Shown here one piece after another: positions 8,216 to 12,564 of a stretch of DNA of 12,564 nt. The position numbers and the translations under genes are program-made. The notes under the pieces were generated by a model. The model was not told the DNA's origin. It saw only the letters and a program-made list of their open reading frames with translations, and made no database searches. Within the stretch, counting starts at the first letter, position 1. Each line of letters starts with the position of its first letter. Source of the stretch: Leptolyngbyaceae cyanobacterium (GTDB lineage Bacteria > Cyanobacteriota > Cyanobacteriia > Phormidesmidales > Phormidesmidaceae); the NCBI GenBank assembly GCA_050331235.1, contig JBHJHA010000083.1, positions 1 through 12,564 of the forward strand, given 5' to 3'.

Positions 8216-10492
8216 ATGACAGTGCGGATTCCGCTGGATTACTACCGAATTTTGGGGCTGCCAATTCAGGCGACGGCCGAGCAGCTGAAGCAAGCCCATC
8301 GCGATCGCACCCTACAGCTTCCTCGACGGGAATATTCTGAGATCGCGATTGAGTCGCGCAAATCTTTAATTGATGAGGCTTATGGCCTACTGGCCGACCC
8401 TGAGCAACGACAGGCCTACGACGCACAGTTTTTAGCGCGGGCTTACACCCCCGAAGCCCTCGAAGCCTTTCGTGACGGAGAAACAGTTCTCCAGGCTAGG
8501 GAAGTGGACCCGCAAGTGGGTGAGGAAACGCTGCGATCGCTGGCTGCTGACAATCTGCCGCCGCCACCGCTCAAGCCCTACATTCCAACCGTTGAGATTG
8601 AGGATGAGCAGTTTGTCGGGGCGCTGCTAATCTTACTAGAGCTCGGGGAGTATGAGCTCGCCATCGCCCTAGGACGCCCTTTTATGGTGAATGGCAGCGA
8701 TAGCCTTGCCGATGGTCGGTATGGTAATCCTGACTTGGTTCGAGGTGATATTGTGCTGTCTCTCGCGATCGCTTGTTTGGAGCTCGGTCGCGAACAGTGG
8801 CAGCAAAATCAATACGAGAATGCTGCTGAGTCCCTAGATACAGGTCTCACACTCTTACAGCAGGAAGAGCGGTTTCCCAGCATTCAGACCGAGTTGCAGT
8901 CGGACCTGTATAAACTCCGGCCCTATCGGGTTCTAGAGCTTGTTGCCCGCCCCCTAGAGCAAACGGCCTCCCGCCGCCAGGGTTTGCAGCTATTGAAATC
9001 CATGCTGCAACAGCGGGGCGGCATCGACGGCACCGAGGAAGATTACTCCGGCCTTTCCACCGACGATTTTCTCCGATTTATTCAACAACTGCGGGGGTAT
9101 CTGACCGCTGGCGAGCAGCAAGAAATTTTTGAAGCGGAGGCCCGTAGACCCTCCGCTGTAGCTACCTACCTTGCCGTTTATGCCCTATTGGCGCGGGGCT
9201 TTTCCTTTCATCAGCCGGCTCTCATCCGCCGGGCCAAGCAGTTACTGCAGCGCGTCGGCACCCGTCAGGACGTCCATCTTGAACAAGCTGTCTGTGCTTT
9301 GCTACTGGGCCAAGCTGAGGAAGCGGGTCAGGCCCTAGAGCGTAGCCAAGAATACGAGCCCTTAGCGTTTATCCGCGAACATTCCCAAGGCTCCCCCGAT
9401 CTGCTGCCAGGACTCTGCTTATATGCTGAGCGTTGGCTGCGGGAAGAGGTGTTTACCCATTTCCGGGATTTAGCCAATCAGCAGACGGCCCTCAAGGATT
9501 ATTTCGCTGACGTTCAAGTGCAGTCCTTTTTAGAAGCTATGCCGCCCGGCGCTGCGCCGCCATCAGCTTCACCAGAACTGCACTACGACCCAGGTCGGTT
9601 TGAAGATCTGGGTCAGACAGCTGCGATCGCCCCGACGACTTCCGTTACGCCTGAGCCAGCTAAGCCCACCACTGCCCCCGCTCATGTTGCCCCCCTGGTT
9701 AATGAAGAACTAGTGGCCAGCACGGATCGAGGCGCAACAGCGCCAGAGACCGACTTGAGTGTGGCCGAACGGGTATCGCAGCTTTCGCCGGCGGGGCAAC
9801 TCCAGGGCACTCGTCCCCGGGCGACTACTCCTCGTCAGAGATCGCGGCCATCGGCGGCGGTGGTGACCCCTGAGTCCCCCGCTCCAGTCTCAAAACCGCG
9901 ATCGCCCGCGCCCCGCTGGGGTCGCTTGGCCGGCGTGGTAGTGGTGGGTCTGTTAGCCATGGGCACCTTAGGCTTTCTCACCGTGAGAACCTTGGGATGG
10001 GTAGGCGCGCGACTATCCGGCCCCAAAATTGACAAACCCGCTTTAGACATTGGCCTGGCAGAATCCCCCATCGATTTGCCAGCCAAGCCCGCCCCTGAGG
10101 CCGAAATCAGCATCAAAGACATTGCTGAGCGCACCATTACCAATTGGCTAGAAGCCAAACGGCAGGCCATGGGACCCGAACACAACTCAGCGAGCCTAGA
10201 AGCCGCCTTAGTTGATCCAGCTCTCACGGAATGGCAGAACCGTACCAGTGGTGGGCAGCGAGACAACTGGTACTTTACCTACGAACATTCAGTCAATGTG
10301 CTCTCCGTAGAGCCCGATGATCCCACAGCCGACGCCTTGACCGTAGAGGCGGAGGTCAAAGAGGTGGCGCAGTTTTATGAACTAGGAACGCTCAATGATT
10401 CTTATTCCTACGATACCAATGTCAATATGCGCTACGAACTAGTGCGCCAAGAGGGCGATTGGTACGTTCAGGATATGGCGGAGATCCAGTGA
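8216..10492 (+). CDS. ftn2: Cell division protein Ftn2/ZipN (ARC6 homologue)
   Basis: N-terminal J-like domain RIPLDYYRILG without HPD; conserved DLYKLRPYRVLEL, RGGIDG and DLLPGLCLYAERWL; Pro-rich linker; one TM (LAGVVVVGLLAMGTLGFLTV); C-terminal ARC6 IMS-like domain (WLEAKRQAMGP...YELVRQEGDW). The start is likely ATG 8216 or GTG 8222 rather than 8108. Confidence 0.95.
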   Translation: MTVRIPLDYYRILGLPIQATAEQLKQAHRDRTLQLPRREYSEIAIESRKSLIDEAYGLLADPEQRQAYDAQFLARAYTPEALEAFRDGETVLQAREVDPQVGEETLRSLAADNLPPPPLKPYIPTVEIEDEQFVGALLILLELGEYELAIALGRPFMVNGSDSLADGRYGNPDLVRGDIVLSLAIACLELGREQWQQNQYENAAESLDTGLTLLQQEERFPSIQTELQSDLYKLRPYRVLELVARPLEQTASRRQGLQLLKSMLQQRGGIDGTEEDYSGLSTDDFLRFIQQLRGYLTAGEQQEIFEAEARRPSAVATYLAVYALLARGFSFHQPALIRRAKQLLQRVGTRQDVHLEQAVCALLLGQAEEAGQALERSQEYEPLAFIREHSQGSPDLLPGLCLYAERWLREEVFTHFRDLANQQTALKDYFADVQVQSFLEAMPPGAAPPSASPELHYDPGRFEDLGQTAAIAPTTSVTPEPAKPTTAPAHVAPLVNEELVASTDRGATAPETDLSVAERVSQLSPAGQLQGTRPRATTPRQRSRPSAAVVTPESPAPVSKPRSPAPRWGRLAGVVVVGLLAMGTLGFLTVRTLGWVGARLSGPKIDKPALDIGLAESPIDLPAKPAPEAEISIKDIAERTITNWLEAKRQAMGPEHNSASLEAALVDPALTEWQNRTSGGQRDNWYFTYEHSVNVLSVEPDDPTADALTVEAEVKEVAQFYELGTLNDSYSYDTNVNMRYELVRQEGDWYVQDMAEIQ

Positions 10493-10591
10493 TCGAGCTC
10501 ACTGGTCAGGGTGCAGCCTGACGCTGATCAGACAACTGCGAAAGGTAAATTCGCCGCAATTGAGTGGTTTATTACACCGTTTTGCGGTATG

Positions 10592-10619
10592 TTGAGCGCT
10601 TGTGTGTCGAAGCTATGAT
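10592..10619 (+). promoter_or_regulatory. Putative sigma70-type promoter TTGAGC-N16-TATGAT for the downstream gene pair
   Basis: Consensus-like hexamers at 10592-10597 and 10614-10619, 80 nt upstream of the ATG at 10700. Pattern match only. Confidence 0.35.
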
Positions 10620-10699
10620 GAGAGTCCCGCCTGTTGGGCAAGTCATCAATCGGCTTGGTCACGGGTATTTTATTGTTACCGACTTATTGAACTGAGGAT

Positions 10700-11305
10700 A
10701 TGCAAGTCGACAGTCCTCCGACGTCCGCGTCGCCCGCGATTTTAGAAACGCTGCCTACTCCCCACCTCCCGTCACAGGACTGCCCGCGGCGGGTGCGCAT
10801 GGATCTTGATTTGCTCATACTGGCGATCGAGGCGCTCGACGTAGCCGGCGCTGAAGCTCTCCTCAAAGTCTCTGATCAATTAGGCCTACAGGCTGTCATT
10901 CCAGGCCGAGTAAAACTCTGGTTAATCAGATGCACCAACCCGATGCGGCGGCAAAGCCAACGTGATCCGCTTTCCATTGACCAGGCTAAAGCTCTCACCC
11001 TAGTGATTTGTTTTTTAGCCAAGCGGCTCACTGTACTGATTCGCCAGCTGCTGCTGGGTCAACACCAGCTCCAGGAGCAGCAGCTTTCTCCTGAACATCA
11101 TTTTCGCCTGGCCGAATATCTCTATCGATTTCGCAGTTTATTTCGAGCGCGAATGAATCCTCAGCGGGCTGGTGTGATTGCCTATAACACCGACGAAAAG
11201 CTCAATGACTTGGCCATCATGTTGCTGACTCGACTGCTGTTTTGTACCGGCACCCAGGGGCCTCAGCGCCTTTGGAGCAGCCTCTTTGATGGAGAAGTCG
11301 TATGA
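10700..11305 (+). CDS. Conserved cyanobacterial protein, DUF3038-like (201 aa)
   Basis: Motifs LDLLILAIEALD, LWLIRCTNPMRR, FRARMN and the C-terminal LLFCTGTQGPQRLWSSLFDGEV match my recollection of DUF3038. Confidence 0.85.
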   Translation: MQVDSPPTSASPAILETLPTPHLPSQDCPRRVRMDLDLLILAIEALDVAGAEALLKVSDQLGLQAVIPGRVKLWLIRCTNPMRRQSQRDPLSIDQAKALTLVICFLAKRLTVLIRQLLLGQHQLQEQQLSPEHHFRLAEYLYRFRSLFRARMNPQRAGVIAYNTDEKLNDLAIMLLTRLLFCTGTQGPQRLWSSLFDGEVV

Positions 11306-12441
11306 CAGTCAAACGCCAGTACATTTTGCCAAACTGCAACCTGATCATTGAGGGGTTGAGCGCTGGGGATGAGTCTGATCCCAATTCTCCGTTGACCGTC
11401 GTCCTAAATTCAGAATGCACGTTTCCAGGGACTACCGAGCGATTGATGGGAGGGCGAGAGTTTCTCAATGGATTGACGACCTCGGTCAACCGCTATGCGC
11501 AATCGCTGTTGAGCGGTATCCCCTACCCTGACAACGACCTGTCAGCGCAGCAGCCAGTCACCCTCAAGCCCACTGACAGTCAGCGACATCGGCTAGAGGC
11601 GTTAGTTTCAGAGGCGGATGGCTCAGAGACCCAAAAGGCGGTGGAGCTCAACTCAGTACAGCTATTCGACTTGGTAGAGGCTGTCGACCAACTATTGGCC
11701 GACGCTCTGACCCTGCCCGATATGACTCCGCAGCTGACGTCACTCAACCGACGCCATGCTCGACCTGTTGAGCCTGCAACCAAACGGTTAGTGCCAGCGG
11801 CGGTAGGGTTGTCGACCTTGGCGGCCTCAGCTGCCTTACTGTTCATGGTGCCGGTGCCGGAGTTTGAGCCTGAACAACGGGACGAAGATGAGCTTTCCGA
11901 ACTGGTGGAATCGGAGTCTGAAAATTTGGCTGAAACTAGCCCCGATCGCCCCGATTCAGCATCTGACGCGGCAGAACCGGCCTCAGATGCCCCCACTACC
12001 GATAGCGACCTAGCCGATTCAGACCCCGAACCTGATGATGGTGATAGTGAGTTAGACGCAGCGGCGGTTGATCCGGTTACGGCTGGAATTGCTCTCGGAC
12101 GCTTGGCCACAGCACCCGCGATCGCCGATGCCAATCAGCTTGATGAGCTCGACGCTGAACTCGAAGCCCTCCTCGAGGAGACTTTGGAAGACAGTGACCA
12201 AGGAATTCCCGAGGAGCTGATTTATCGCGTGGCCGTCTCTGAGGATGTTGAGATTTTGGGCTACAAGTACGAAAATGATGCTGCCCTCGAGCATGTCGAC
12301 AGAACACCTTTACCCGATCTGACCTTTGTTCCTATAAACTCAGATACCGTCACCGACGAACCCGTTGCTCAGTTTCGCGTCACGTTTGAACCAGAAGGGA
12401 CCATCACCGCCGAGCTGATTGACGCTGATGATGATGAATAG
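11302..12441 (+). CDS. DUF4335-like single-pass membrane protein with acidic linker (379 aa)
   Basis: ATGA overlap with the upstream gene. Motifs KRQYILPNCNLIIEGL, GGREFL, YAQSLLSG and QLFDLVEAVDQLLAD; a TM segment (AAVGLSTLAASAALLFMV); a D/E/S/P-rich linker; and a second conserved block LIYRVAVSEDVEILGY. Confidence 0.85.
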   Translation: MTVKRQYILPNCNLIIEGLSAGDESDPNSPLTVVLNSECTFPGTTERLMGGREFLNGLTTSVNRYAQSLLSGIPYPDNDLSAQQPVTLKPTDSQRHRLEALVSEADGSETQKAVELNSVQLFDLVEAVDQLLADALTLPDMTPQLTSLNRRHARPVEPATKRLVPAAVGLSTLAASAALLFMVPVPEFEPEQRDEDELSELVESESENLAETSPDRPDSASDAAEPASDAPTTDSDLADSDPEPDDGDSELDAAAVDPVTAGIALGRLATAPAIADANQLDELDAELEALLEETLEDSDQGIPEELIYRVAVSEDVEILGYKYENDAALEHVDRTPLPDLTFVPINSDTVTDEPVAQFRVTFEPEGTITAELIDADDDE

Positions 12442-12564
12442 GGGCCTATTTGGCTGGGTTGTGGCGACTTAGGCTATCGCTGCTTGCCTGGTCCGCTCTC
12501 CCCTATTCCCGAGTACTTTCCACAGGCTCGCAGCTATATTTTACCGGTGTCATTAGCTATCGAG

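Larger units (their letters stand above)
2510..12125. repeat. Dispersed HIP1 octamers GCGATCGC (at least 10)
   Basis: Found by eye starting at 2510, 3321, 5230, 5654, 8301, 8533, 8765, 9623, 9898 and 12118. HIP1 enrichment is a known cyanobacterial signature. Confidence 0.9.

Noticed and set aside
10505..10522. GTCAGG-N6-CCTGAC hairpin after ftn2 as an intrinsic terminator
   Set aside because: 6-bp stem without a U-tract; insufficient support.
10564..10577. GTG-N8-CAC as an NtcA site
   Set aside because: Deviates from GTA-N8-TAC and is not at the canonical ~22-nt distance from a -10 box.
969..12307. Remaining short ORFs overlapping or antisense to identified genes (e.g. 6478-6960, 6836-7255, 9835-10266, 11580-12134)
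   Set aside because: Shadow ORFs of well-supported genes, with no independent motifs.
1..12564. CRISPR array, rRNA or known riboswitch
   Set aside because: No regularly spaced repeat-spacer pattern or recognisable structured-RNA consensus was seen by eye. A covariance-model search of 7811-8215 and 10493-10699 would be needed to exclude ncRNAs.

Overview
Cyanobacterial chromosomal window: at least 10 HIP1 octamers (GCGATCGC) and a cyanobacterial gene set. Positions ~2665-12564 are core genome: tRNA-Ser(UGA); a minus-strand pdhA-pdhB-secD-secF-small membrane protein cluster; divergent ftn2/zipN (ARC6-like division protein); and a DUF3038/DUF4335-like gene pair. Positions 1-2664 look like the edge of an element integrated at the tRNA-Ser 3' end. 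That edge contains a XisA/XisC-like tyrosine integrase broken by a single in-frame TAG, candidate arm-type repeats, and an ISL3-family IS with an intact right end. The 5' part of the IS is replaced by an unrelated repeat- and palindrome-rich segment. No clearly novel system can be shown from this window alone. The best leads are the decaying island edge, an 18-bp motif shared by two mobile-element junction regions, and the possible cell-division cluster. Family names are recognised from motifs; no database search was run.
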